Source: Vampirovibrio chlorellavorus (GTDB lineage: Bacteria; Cyanobacteriota; Vampirovibrionia; Vampirovibrionales; Vampirovibrionaceae). From it: a stretch of 64,000 bases of DNA. A program made the translations under genes and the position numbers. How positions within the stretch are numbered: position 1 is the first letter of the stretch; every line of letters begins with the position of its first letter. Below, one piece after another: positions 27,471-36,300 of the stretch. Where the stretch lies: contig NZ_QFWH01000001.1 in NCBI RefSeq assembly GCF_003149375.1, forward strand, positions 24,753 to 88,752, read 5' to 3'. The notes under the pieces are model-generated. The model did not search any database, had not been told where the DNA came from, and saw only the letters and a program-made list of their open reading frames with translations.

Positions 27471-29024
27471 TTAATTGACCAGCCCGATGATGCTTTGGGT
27501 CACCTGATCCAGAATGCTGATGGTTTTGGAGGTGGCTTCCAGCATGCGCTGATAACGCAGCAGATCAATGGTTTCCTCATCGATATTCACCCCGGAAATA
27601 GACTGGCGTTGCTGCTCCACCGACATATTCAGATTCTTCTGGTTCTGGCTGCCGTTTTTGTAGCTTTGAGAATCAATGCCCAATTTGGCCGTGGTGCTGT
27701 TAAAGTAATCCACCAGCCCGGTTCCCAGATTGGCAAAGGTCTGATTTTTCAGTTGCGCCATGGCCAAAGCGTTCCGACCATCGCCCACCCCGGCAAACCC
27801 ACCCGCCACGGTGCTGTCATCAATGGCTGCCGCAATCAGCTTGGGATCGGCCAGAATGGCCGGATTCACCTTCCAGTGGAAGATATTCAGGGTTTGCCCC
27901 GGATTGAGCGTGGCATCATTCAGAAACAGAGCATCCGTGGCCAGGTTCCCGTTCTGATCCCGACCGGCGGGCAGGGGCGGGGCGACTTGACCCACCTGCA
28001 GAATGTTCAGCTGATCCACCACGGTGCCCATCAGGGTATCCAGCTTGCCCATCAGGTTGCGCACGCTGCTCAGGTTGGGATCATTACCCCCCATATCCAG
28101 AATGGCCTTGATCTTCCCGCTGGTGATTTCATCACCCGTGCCATCATTCAGCACCACGCCCCCATTCACCGTGCTGACCAGGGCCGGAACATCATCCGGT
28201 GTAGGGGCGGCACCCGTATTTTCCAGGGCTTGCAGACTATCCAGTTGATTGACGCCTCGTATCATGGTTTGTCCGGCAATGTTCAAATCAATCTGGCCAT
28301 TGTCGTAATAGGTCACATCAATGTCCACCAGATTGGAGAGATCATCCAGCAGCTTATCCCGCTGATCCAGCAGGTCATTGGGTGCCGCGCCCGAGGCTTT
28401 GATACTGACAATATTCTGGTTCAGGGCGGCAATGCTGGCCAGCTTCTGGTTAATATCGCTCACAGTAATGGCCAGCTGACTGGTTCCAAAACTGTTCGGC
28501 GATAGCGGGCTGCCCACCAGATTCTGCCGCAGATCGGAGAGCTGCAAGGCCTGTTGCTGAAAAACATCCACCAGATCCAGCGCTTGTTGCACAAAGGTGG
28601 AGCGCACGGCGGCGTTTTGCGGGTTAACGCTCAGGGCCTGCGCGGAATCAAAAAAGCTCTGCAGGGCATCATTCACCCCACTGGTGGAGGGCTCATTCAG
28701 GATGCCTTCCAGTTGTTTGAGGACATCCCGGGTGGATTCATTCCGCCCCAGCGCACTGTTGGACAGGCGAAACTGGGCATCCAGAAACTGATCTCGCATA
28801 CGGGTCACTTGCTGCAAAATTGGGCCCTGCCCAATTTGCCCGGCATTCAGTTGGGAGTTGTTGGGAAAGGCATAGGCGTTATAGGCCATTAAGTCGACCC
28901 GTTGGCGACTATACCCCGGCGTGTTGGCGTTAGAGACGTTGTGGTTAATAGTACTCAGGGCGTTTTGAGCCGCTATGAGTCCACGGTGGGCATTATAAAG
29001 GCCGAAAAATCCCGGTGTAATCAT
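27471..29024 (-). CDS. flgK: Flagellar hook-associated protein 1
   Basis: HNVSNANTPGYSRQR, NDLLDQRDKLL, SGVNIDEE. Confidence 0.95.
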   Translation of the reverse strand: MITPGFFGLYNAHRGLIAAQNALSTINHNVSNANTPGYSRQRVDLMAYNAYAFPNNSQLNAGQIGQGPILQQVTRMRDQFLDAQFRLSNSALGRNESTRDVLKQLEGILNEPSTSGVNDALQSFFDSAQALSVNPQNAAVRSTFVQQALDLVDVFQQQALQLSDLRQNLVGSPLSPNSFGTSQLAITVSDINQKLASIAALNQNIVSIKASGAAPNDLLDQRDKLLDDLSNLVDIDVTYYDNGQIDLNIAGQTMIRGVNQLDSLQALENTGAAPTPDDVPALVSTVNGGVVLNDGTGDEITSGKIKAILDMGGNDPNLSSVRNLMGKLDTLMGTVVDQLNILQVGQVAPPLPAGRDQNGNLATDALFLNDATLNPGQTLNIFHWKVNPAILADPKLIAAAIDDSTVAGGFAGVGDGRNALAMAQLKNQTFANLGTGLVDYFNSTTAKLGIDSQSYKNGSQNQKNLNMSVEQQRQSISGVNIDEETIDLLRYQRMLEATSKTISILDQVTQSIIGLVN

Positions 29025-29072
29025 GGTGAACCTCTCTCACTGGGGATGCGTTTTCCCCGGGGTATATGCCGT

Positions 29073-29106
29073 GATGAACCTGCAAACTGGATGAACCTGA
29101 AAATTG
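29073..29106. repeat. Tandem 17-bp repeat (15/17 identical) in the flgN-flgK spacer
   Basis: GATGAACCTGCAAACTG / GATGAACCTGAAAATTG. Confidence 0.75.
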
Positions 29107-29174
29107 GAAGATCGAAAACAAATTCTGGGTGAACTGGATGAGATGAACTAAATAAAAAGTGGCCAAACGCTTGC

Positions 29175-29702
29175 TTAAGCGGAATGACTGATAGTCGACT
29201 GATCGGGACTGGTGGGCTGATGCCCCCCCTTGGCCTGCTGCTTTTCCCCGTGGGCGTTGTAGCTGGCCGGGTCCGGGTTCAGGGCGCCCCGCACCACCGC
29301 AATAGTATCCTGCGTCCATTTAAGGGACAGGGTCAACAAGTCCCGGGTTTCCCGATTCGACTGTTCCACGTCCCGGGCCAGGCGGGTTAACTGTTCCCGC
29401 AACCGGGTCAGGCGTGGCTCGTACTGGGCAGGAAGTTCCGCAATAATCTGCTTCAGGGGACGCTGTCCCCAACCAGACTGCCGGGACAGTTCCTCCCGAT
29501 TCCGGCTCAGGGTGGCGCACTGCTTGCCGATGGCGCTCAATTGACGATCAATGGGGGGCAGTTGATCAATGGCTCCGCTCACCAAGGCCTGTTGCTTCAG
29601 CTGTAGCTGCTGCCGGGCCGCTTCCAGCTGCTCTCGTTCCTGCTGCAGGATGCTGATCAGATCCTGAATGGGTTGAGGCATGGATGAATGGTTGTTACTC
29701 AT
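29175..29702 (-). CDS. flgN: Flagellar export chaperone FlgN
   Basis: Helical protein (KQQALVSG..., NRETRDLL) directly upstream of flgK. Confidence 0.8.
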   Translation of the reverse strand: MSNNHSSMPQPIQDLISILQQEREQLEAARQQLQLKQQALVSGAIDQLPPIDRQLSAIGKQCATLSRNREELSRQSGWGQRPLKQIIAELPAQYEPRLTRLREQLTRLARDVEQSNRETRDLLTLSLKWTQDTIAVVRGALNPDPASYNAHGEKQQAKGGHQPTSPDQSTISHSA

Positions 29703-29718
29703 GGCTTTCGCGCTCCTC

Positions 29719-30018
29719 CTATACCCGGTAGTCGGCCAACAGGCTTTCGCCCTGCTGGTAAGCCCGACGGATGTCTTGTTCGGTCACACCCACAAACCCT
29801 GCTTTGGCCGCAATATTTTGAATGTCATTGACCGTACGCTGCCATTGCGGAGAGATGGGCTGGCTGGGAAGGGCCGCTGGGGCTGGTGGGGTTTCAAGTT
29901 CAATTCTGGATGCCGGAAACTCGCTAGCCGGTGTTTGCGGTTTGCTGGCCCGACGGGCTTCCCAGGCCTGTTGGGCTTTGAGCATTTGTAACGACTGGGC
30001 GCCGGATTCAATACGCAT
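29719..30018 (-). CDS. Small protein at the syntenic position of anti-sigma-28 factor FlgM (divergent)
   Basis: 99 aa between flgJ and flgN; MRI start, disordered middle, helical C-terminus. Confidence 0.55.
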   Translation of the reverse strand: MRIESGAQSLQMLKAQQAWEARRASKPQTPASEFPASRIELETPPAPAALPSQPISPQWQRTVNDIQNIAAKAGFVGVTEQDIRRAYQQGESLLADYRV

Positions 30019-30020
30019 GC

Positions 30021-30440
30021 CTATTTCACCTCACCATTTGTTCCCTGAACCATCGTTGGCGCGGCACCCATGGCCCCGCTCGCTCCACTCTCATTCTTTT
30101 TGCCGTTTTGGGCCATTTGCCGGTAAATGCTTTCCGCCAAGCCAAAGCCGCTGCCCCCTTGCTTCGTGGTCATGGATTTGGAGATCTCCTCGTTCAGCAT
30201 GCTGCGGAAGTACTCCTCGCTGCTGCCGCCATTTAAAAAACTGTCTTTGCGATCAATGGTTTTGTCCATGGCATCCAGCATTTGCTGCACAAAAATGGCC
30301 TCAAATTCCTGAGCGGCCTTTTTCAGCTTTTTCTGATCCTGATTTTCAGGATTCTGGTACTGGCGCTGTAACTCCAGCAGCTTGGCCGTTTGGGCCTGAC
30401 CTTGCCACTGGGTGCCGCTGGTTGGAGCATTGAAATCCAT
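30021..30440 (-). CDS. flgJ: FlgJ rod-binding domain only (no muramidase domain)
   Basis: KLKKAAQEFEAIFVQQML..M, YFRSMLNEEISK, FGLAESIYRQM. Confidence 0.88.
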   Translation of the reverse strand: MDFNAPTSGTQWQGQAQTAKLLELQRQYQNPENQDQKKLKKAAQEFEAIFVQQMLDAMDKTIDRKDSFLNGGSSEEYFRSMLNEEISKSMTTKQGGSGFGLAESIYRQMAQNGKKNESGASGAMGAAPTMVQGTNGEVK

Positions 30441-30476
30441 AACATTGATTCCTGTTTCGTATCCGATAATCTGAGA

Positions 30477-31616
30477 CTAGATAATCTCAAGCGTCGCTTC
30501 CAGGCTGCCAGAGGCTTTGAGGGCCTGCAGCACGGAAATCAGATCACTGGGCGTGACCCCCAGCGCATTGAGGGCGGCTACCAGATCCTGCAAGGTGGCG
30601 TTGGCCCCCAGCTTCACCAGACTGCCCTGGGCCTTGTCGATGGAGATTTTACTGTTAGAAATACCCACGGTTTGCCCACCCGGGCTAAAGCTGTCCGGCT
30701 GGGAAACACTGTTTTCGGTACTGACGCTGACGGTAATGCCCCCGTGGGCCACGGCGGCGGGCAACAGTTTGACATTGTTGCCAATCACAATGGTACCGGT
30801 ACGCTCGTTAATGACCACTTTGGCCACTTCTTCAGTGGCGTTCACGGTTACGTTTTCCACCCTGGATAAAAAGGCCACCCGGTTATCAATAAACTGATCG
30901 GGAAACAATACCCGTACGGTGCTGCCGTCAATAGCTCGGGCCGGGGCCACGCTTTTGGTAATGGATTCCGCCACCCGGCTGGCCAGGGTAAAGTCCGTGC
31001 GGTTCAGCACCAGATCCATCCCGTTTTCATCGCCAATATCGGTATGGATTTCCCGCTCCATAATGGCCCCATTGGGAATACGAGCGGAGGTAGTAATGGC
31101 CGTGCGCTTGGAAGAGCCACTGGCGCTGACCGAGGTGCCGCCGGTGGACAAGGGCCCCTGAGCCAGTGCCACCACCTCCCCGTTGGGGGCTCGCAATTCG
31201 GTATTCACCAGAACGCCCCCCTCCAGACTGGCCGCATCGGCCATGGAAGAGACCATGACATCCAGCGGGTCCCCTTCCTTGGCAAAGGGCGGCACAATGG
31301 CCGTAACAATAACGGCGGCGGTATTGGTGGAGCGAATGTCGTTGTCGTTGTTCAAACGCCCGTTGAAGTTGTTAATCAGATTGGCTGTACTGGTTTGGGT
31401 AGAGCGGCTTTTGTCCCCGGTTTTACTGAGGCCCACCACCAGACCGTACCCTACCAGCTGGTTATTCCGGACCCCTTTCACCCGAGAAATGTCCTTTACC
31501 CTTAAGGTGGCCGCCGAAGCGCTAAACCCCAACAGGGCATGGCCCACGATGCCAACGACGAGAAGCCCCCAGGCGATGAGTTTGCTTTGAGTTGAGTTCA
31601 ATCCACGCATATCCAT
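30477..31616 (-). CDS. flgI: Flagellar P-ring protein
   Basis: RVKDI, NQLVGYGLVVGL, SLEGGVL, VVINERTGTIV, DLISVLQALKASGSL. Confidence 0.96.
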   Translation of the reverse strand: MDMRGLNSTQSKLIAWGLLVVGIVGHALLGFSASAATLRVKDISRVKGVRNNQLVGYGLVVGLSKTGDKSRSTQTSTANLINNFNGRLNNDNDIRSTNTAAVIVTAIVPPFAKEGDPLDVMVSSMADAASLEGGVLVNTELRAPNGEVVALAQGPLSTGGTSVSASGSSKRTAITTSARIPNGAIMEREIHTDIGDENGMDLVLNRTDFTLASRVAESITKSVAPARAIDGSTVRVLFPDQFIDNRVAFLSRVENVTVNATEEVAKVVINERTGTIVIGNNVKLLPAAVAHGGITVSVSTENSVSQPDSFSPGGQTVGISNSKISIDKAQGSLVKLGANATLQDLVAALNALGVTPSDLISVLQALKASGSLEATLEII

Positions 31617-31625
31617 CTCGCCTCG

Positions 31626-32327
31626 CTAGTTAAAGAACTGGTAAATCTTGTTGGCGATACCGTCGTTTTGTTGACGGCTGAGAATGCCCTTGCCGCCTTG
31701 CATCATCTGGAAGTTGCCCACCATATTGGAGCTGATTTCGTTGCGGCGGTTCAGGTAGTAGGGCTTGATAATCCCGGTGACAACCAGATCGGTACGCTCC
31801 TTGCTGCCCTGCACTGTTTTTTGCCCCTGTACCATCAAATCGCCGTTGGGCAGCACTTGCACCACCTGGCAGGTAATGGTATCCACCAGCCCGGTGGTGC
31901 GGTTGATTTCGGCCCGGCTGTTCATTTGGTTGTTATTGTTTAAGCCGTTAAAATTAGGCGCCTGCAAAGTGGTGTTGATGCGGCTGGTGTTGAAGGGCAA
32001 CTTGCCCAGCATAAAGCCCAGCATGCTGTTAAATAAATTACTGCCGTTTTGGTTAATACTCTGCTCTTTGGTCATACGGATGTCACTGCGAATCAGATTC
32101 TGGGTGGTTTCGTTGATCTGAATGGTCACCAGATCGCCCACGGCTCGGGCAATGGGCGGCGTAAACAGGGAGCGGGAGTACACTGGCTCCTGACTCGTGT
32201 ACGTGGTGCTGGCCCGGAACAGGGATTCAGCAGGAGCGGAAGCCATATGGCTGAGTGCGGCCAGCAAGAGCAGACCCACCCAAAGGGCTTGGAGCGACTG
32301 GCGTTTTTGAGGGCTGTGGCTTTGCAT
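31626..32327 (-). CDS. flgH: Flagellar L-ring protein (no lipobox Cys)
   Basis: AVGDLVTIQINE, QVLPNGDLMVQGQK, VTGIIKP, ISSNMVG; ATG 32327 preferred over track start 32507. Confidence 0.9.
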   Translation of the reverse strand: MQSHSPQKRQSLQALWVGLLLLAALSHMASAPAESLFRASTTYTSQEPVYSRSLFTPPIARAVGDLVTIQINETTQNLIRSDIRMTKEQSINQNGSNLFNSMLGFMLGKLPFNTSRINTTLQAPNFNGLNNNNQMNSRAEINRTTGLVDTITCQVVQVLPNGDLMVQGQKTVQGSKERTDLVVTGIIKPYYLNRRNEISSNMVGNFQMMQGGKGILSRQQNDGIANKIYQFFN

Positions 32328-32391
32328 CTTGTTTGATTCTCCCTGAACTTCCCTGATTTGGCTTAACGCGTGTCTTGACCGGGGTAATGGG

Positions 32392-33156
32392 TTACATTTC
32401 AACCAATACCTTGTTTTTATCCACGATTTTGGCGCTGTAGTCCTTGCGCTGAAACACGGCCTGACGCACCCGGATGGTTTCCCCGATTTTGCCGTTGGCC
32501 AAGGCAATACCCGGCACGGTGACCGTCATGCCATCGCCATTGGACAGAAAAATACGCACCGGGCTGTTGTAGGTGACATCCGGGGGGATGACGATTTTAC
32601 GGGCGTCCAGAATATCGCCGGGCCTCAGGTTGACCCGGGCCAGATATTGATTCAGGTTGCGTTCAGCACCCACCGCATAGTTATAGCAATTGCTGACCTC
32701 CTTGCTTTGCAGGCTAAAATCAGAGGCTCGCAGCGGTTCGTTAGCGTTAACCACGTTTTTTACCACCCAAACCGGCTTCTGAATGCCAATCTGGACGGGT
32801 ACCCCAATTTCCCGCTGATGACCGCTGCCATCCTGCAGGGAAACCTGCACGATGCCCCGGGGGGAGTACACTTCCCCCAACCGGGAGGTAAGACTGACTT
32901 TAATCTCCTGCGGGGTTTTGGCCGCCGGGAAATCAAAGGGGGCCGCTGGAACCCGGACAATGGAAACGCGGATGTTTTTGGCGTCGGCAGGGTCCACCAC
33001 CTGAGCCACTTTTTCCTGAACGTGGGCCACCACTTTGTCTTTAATTTGCCCTTCGGTCAGCAGCACGGCCTCCGAAGATTGCCATAACCCGCCGCAAAGC
33101 CCCAGCAGCCAAGCAAACAGGGAAAAAAGCGAGGATTTGAATACAATGCGGGTCAT
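32392..33156 (-). CDS. flgA: P-ring assembly chaperone FlgA
   Basis: Signal peptide, SAF domain, ALANGKIGETIRVR C-terminal motif. Confidence 0.88.
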   Translation of the reverse strand: MTRIVFKSSLFSLFAWLLGLCGGLWQSSEAVLLTEGQIKDKVVAHVQEKVAQVVDPADAKNIRVSIVRVPAAPFDFPAAKTPQEIKVSLTSRLGEVYSPRGIVQVSLQDGSGHQREIGVPVQIGIQKPVWVVKNVVNANEPLRASDFSLQSKEVSNCYNYAVGAERNLNQYLARVNLRPGDILDARKIVIPPDVTYNSPVRIFLSNGDGMTVTVPGIALANGKIGETIRVRQAVFQRKDYSAKIVDKNKVLVEM

Positions 33157-33189
33157 GGAATCATCCTTGGGTTAGGGTTAGGATTATGA

Positions 33190-33981
33190 TTAAACGGTGT
33201 TGTTGGCGGTTTGCAGCAGTTCATCGGCGGCTTTAATGACTTTGGAGTTGGCTTCAAAGGCACGCTGGGCGCTGATCAGGTTGATCAGCTCTTCCACGAT
33301 TTGCACGTTAGAACCTTCTAAGAAGCCTTGAGTGATGGTGGTTTTGGAGAAATCGCCTTGTCCGGCGGTGCCTTGAACAGCCGCCCCGGAAGCGGGAGTT
33401 TCCTGAAACAGGTTGCGTCCAATACTTTCCAGACCTGCCGGGTTGGCAAAGCGCACCAATTGCAACTGACCCACCTGATTTAAGGTAATAGAGCCAGCTT
33501 GCCGCACCGAGATGGTTCCGTTCAGGCCAATGACAATTTCGGTGGCGTCGTTGGGCAAGGTTATGTTGGGTTGTACCGGGTAGCCGTCACTGGTTACCAT
33601 TGTACCGTTGGCATCGCGCTTAAAGTTGCCATCCCGGGTATAACCAATGTTGCCGCCATCGGTTTGCACCTGGAAAAACCCTTCGCCCTGTATGGCCAAG
33701 TCCAGTGGGTTGCCGGTCTGCTGAATGGAACCGGGCAGAAAAATACGCTGGGTAGCTGTTACCTGAACCCCCAGACCCACCTGAATCCCCACCGGATCAG
33801 TGGTTCCCTGATCGCCAATGGCCCCAGCCGCCGAGTAGGTCTGGCTCAGTAAATCCGAAAATTCGGCCCGGGCCTTTTTATAGCCGGTGGTGTTTACGTT
33901 GGCCACGTTGTTGGCGATGACATCAATATTGAACTGTTGGCTGTTGGAGCCGGTGGCTGCGGTATATAGGGCTCTAAGCAT
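33190..33981 (-). CDS. flgG: Flagellar distal rod protein FlgG
   Basis: MLRALYTAATG, ANNVANVNTTGYK, FSDLLSQ, TGNPLDLAIQGEGFF, LEGSNVQIVEE. Confidence 0.95.
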   Translation of the reverse strand: MLRALYTAATGSNSQQFNIDVIANNVANVNTTGYKKARAEFSDLLSQTYSAAGAIGDQGTTDPVGIQVGLGVQVTATQRIFLPGSIQQTGNPLDLAIQGEGFFQVQTDGGNIGYTRDGNFKRDANGTMVTSDGYPVQPNITLPNDATEIVIGLNGTISVRQAGSITLNQVGQLQLVRFANPAGLESIGRNLFQETPASGAAVQGTAGQGDFSKTTITQGFLEGSNVQIVEELINLISAQRAFEANSKVIKAADELLQTANNTV

Positions 33982-34054
33982 GCGGGCCTCCGATTGCGGG
34001 GTTTAAAACAAAACGGGGTTAAAGTGGAAATTCTGACAATCTGGATTTCAGGGC

Positions 34055-34831
34055 CTAGCGGGGACGACCGACTTCGTTCACCGCTTTGCCCAGAGTATCG
34101 TTGTGGATGTGGATATTTTTTTGCAGGGCTTCATACAATCTCAGCCCCTGAATGTTATTGACCAATTCGGCCACCGGGTTGATATTGGATTCTTCCAGCA
34201 TGCCGCTGTTGATCTGGTAACCCAGAGGATCGCCGTTTTTGGGTTCCGGGAGTTGTTTGCTGTTGTTGGTAGCCTGAAACAGGTTATCGCTGAGTTTTTC
34301 CAGGGCTTGGTTGTTTTCAAAGCGGGCTATTTGCAGTTGAGCGATAATGCCGTTGCGGCCGCTCACATTTCCTTGCCCGTTGATGTTAAAGGGGCCACCG
34401 TCCAGGGCCATTTGCACGTTGCCCAATTTACCCTGCACAAAGTCACCATTTACAGTGGTTAAAAATCCGTTTTGATCCATGGTAAAGTTGCCAGCGCGGG
34501 TGTAGTAGGTATCGCCATTTACTTTGGATTTCACGGTGAAGAAGCCATCGCCCTGTATGGCCAAATCGAAGGTATTACCAGTTTGCTTCATGGCTCCGGG
34601 GGCAAAATTAACAAAGCTGCCGTGTACTTTACTGCCGGCCATCAGGGTACCCACCCGCTCTTGTCCCTGGCTGCTCATGCGGTTGATCAGCATTTCGGGG
34701 AACGTCTGGTAATTGACCTTGTTGCCTTTGAAAGCCACGGTATTCACGTTGGACAGGTTGCTGGCCAGCGTGTCGGTCCCGGTGGTGGATGCCAGCATTC
34801 CGGCGGCGGCGGTATACAGACCTCTCAGCAT
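34055..34831 (-). CDS. flgF: Flagellar rod protein FlgF
   Basis: MLRGLYTAAAGM, SNLSNVNT, YTRAGNF, LEESNINPVAE; directly upstream of flgG. Confidence 0.85.
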   Translation of the reverse strand: MLRGLYTAAAGMLASTTGTDTLASNLSNVNTVAFKGNKVNYQTFPEMLINRMSSQGQERVGTLMAGSKVHGSFVNFAPGAMKQTGNTFDLAIQGDGFFTVKSKVNGDTYYTRAGNFTMDQNGFLTTVNGDFVQGKLGNVQMALDGGPFNINGQGNVSGRNGIIAQLQIARFENNQALEKLSDNLFQATNNSKQLPEPKNGDPLGYQINSGMLEESNINPVAELVNNIQGLRLYEALQKNIHIHNDTLGKAVNEVGRPR

Positions 34832-34834
34832 GGG

Positions 34835-35458
34835 TTAACCCCCTTGGGCGTTTTGATACGCCTGATAGGATTGCATTACTTTTTGCACGTACTGGGTGGT
34901 TTCCTTGTACGGCGGAATGCCGTTGTACTTATCCACGGCCCCGGGACCAGCGTTATACGCGGCCACCGCCTGCGGAACAGAGTGATATTTATTCAGCAGC
35001 GTTTTCAGGTACTTGGCACCCCCGGCAAGGTTTTGAACAGGATCGAAACTGTTGGACACCCCCAATTCGGCTGCCGTACCGGGCATCAGCTGCATCAGCC
35101 CCTGAGCGCCCACGGGGGAGACCGCATTGGGGTTGAAGTTGGATTCGGTCTTGATGATAGCTTTCAGCAGATCCCCATCCAGACCATTGGCTTGCGCCTG
35201 AACCTCAATTAAGCCGGACAAGGCCGCAGGCACCGGAGCGGCGGCTTGATTGCCCATGGTCTCACTAAGGGCTTGTCCCAGGGCCTCATCGAACGTGGGC
35301 GCCCCCTGAGGGGTGGCAGGCTGGGCAGTTGGCAGCAAAGTGCCAATGCGGCTTTCAATGTCCGCAATGCGCTGCAAGGTCGATTGGAGGTTTTCCAAGC
35401 TCACGGTATGGTTTCCTAACGCTTTCACGAGTTCCCTGAAGTATTGGCCGTTGACCAC
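34835..35458 (-). CDS. Lytic transglycosylase (SLT domain), first gene of the flg rod operon
   Basis: IIKTESNFNPNAVSPVGAQGLMQLMPGTA, AAYNAGPG, ETTQYV; true start may be GTG 35404. Confidence 0.92.
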   Translation of the reverse strand: MVNGQYFRELVKALGNHTVSLENLQSTLQRIADIESRIGTLLPTAQPATPQGAPTFDEALGQALSETMGNQAAAPVPAALSGLIEVQAQANGLDGDLLKAIIKTESNFNPNAVSPVGAQGLMQLMPGTAAELGVSNSFDPVQNLAGGAKYLKTLLNKYHSVPQAVAAYNAGPGAVDKYNGIPPYKETTQYVQKVMQSYQAYQNAQGG

Positions 35459-35811
35459 GACGGCGGTGAGAAAAGCCCTGATGGGGATATCTGTTCAAAC
35501 CGGGTATTCCGGTCGTCCAGACACCCTCGCTCAGCATAACCCTTTACAGAAGGCCTTTCATCGGTTGTCTGAAGGAGGGTCGGTTGTAGATTCCACCTGT
35601 TCTTGTATTTTTCCTTTTCAAGCTCCTCATAAAACTTGACCCATTGGTCGGTTTTTCCTGCGAACGGTGGTCAACCACATGGACGATTCCAGGGACTGGT
35701 TGAAGCCCGGGTCGTAAACAGCCTTGAGCATTGGGTGGGTGTGGTCAGGCCGCTGGATTTCAGATACAGTATTGATAACTTGGTAAACTTGAGTGGAAGG
35801 AGCAGTGAAAA

Positions 35812-36291
35812 ATGGGCGGTTTGGTCGAACAGGCCGGTTTGGCTCGCACCGTTGAGTTAAAGGGGCACGTCATTGATTCCCTGACCCTGTCCAAGGTCAT
35901 TGACCGGGTTCAGCAACTGGGCGGCGATTACCGTATCAACGATATCCACGTGGGCAGCCTGAAAAAAGACATTTCCTCCATCAATCTCACCCTGTTGGCT
36001 CCCGACGCCGATACGCTGGAGCGGCTTCTGGAAGCGGTAACCCCGTATGGGGCCGTGCCAGAGGTAGGCGATGCAGAGACCCTCCTCTGCGCCGAAGATG
36101 GTATGCTTTCCGAGGAGGCCTACCGGGTGCGCTTACCTCGAAAAATCAGGCAAAACGGTCAATGGGCCCCTGTGGAAAACGGCAACGACTGGTGTTTACG
36201 CATCCAGAACGGACAGGCCCAAATGATTCCGGTGGCCCAGGTTCGTAAAGGAGACACCGTGGTCCGTGGCGCTCACGGTTTGGATTGGTAG
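35812..36291 (+). CDS. Truncated LOR/SDH (TIGR00300-like, ornithine cyclodeaminase N-terminal) domain protein
   Basis: RTVELKGHVIDSL..KVIDRV..LGGDY matches the start of the ArgZ/AgrE middle domain from memory; ends without the Rossmann part. Confidence 0.7.
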   Translation: MGGLVEQAGLARTVELKGHVIDSLTLSKVIDRVQQLGGDYRINDIHVGSLKKDISSINLTLLAPDADTLERLLEAVTPYGAVPEVGDAETLLCAEDGMLSEEAYRVRLPRKIRQNGQWAPVENGNDWCLRIQNGQAQMIPVAQVRKGDTVVRGAHGLDW

Positions 36292-36300
36292 AGGCCCGGT

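Noticed and set aside
31626-32507. Track start for flgH (293 aa) and track start for murA (46769, 484 aa)
   Set aside because: The extensions overlap flgA and mpg respectively and are not protein-like; downstream starts fit family lengths
35460-35810. Sigma-28 promoter for the flg operon (CCGATGAA seen on the minus strand)
   Set aside because: No correctly spaced TAAA-type -35; too weak to call
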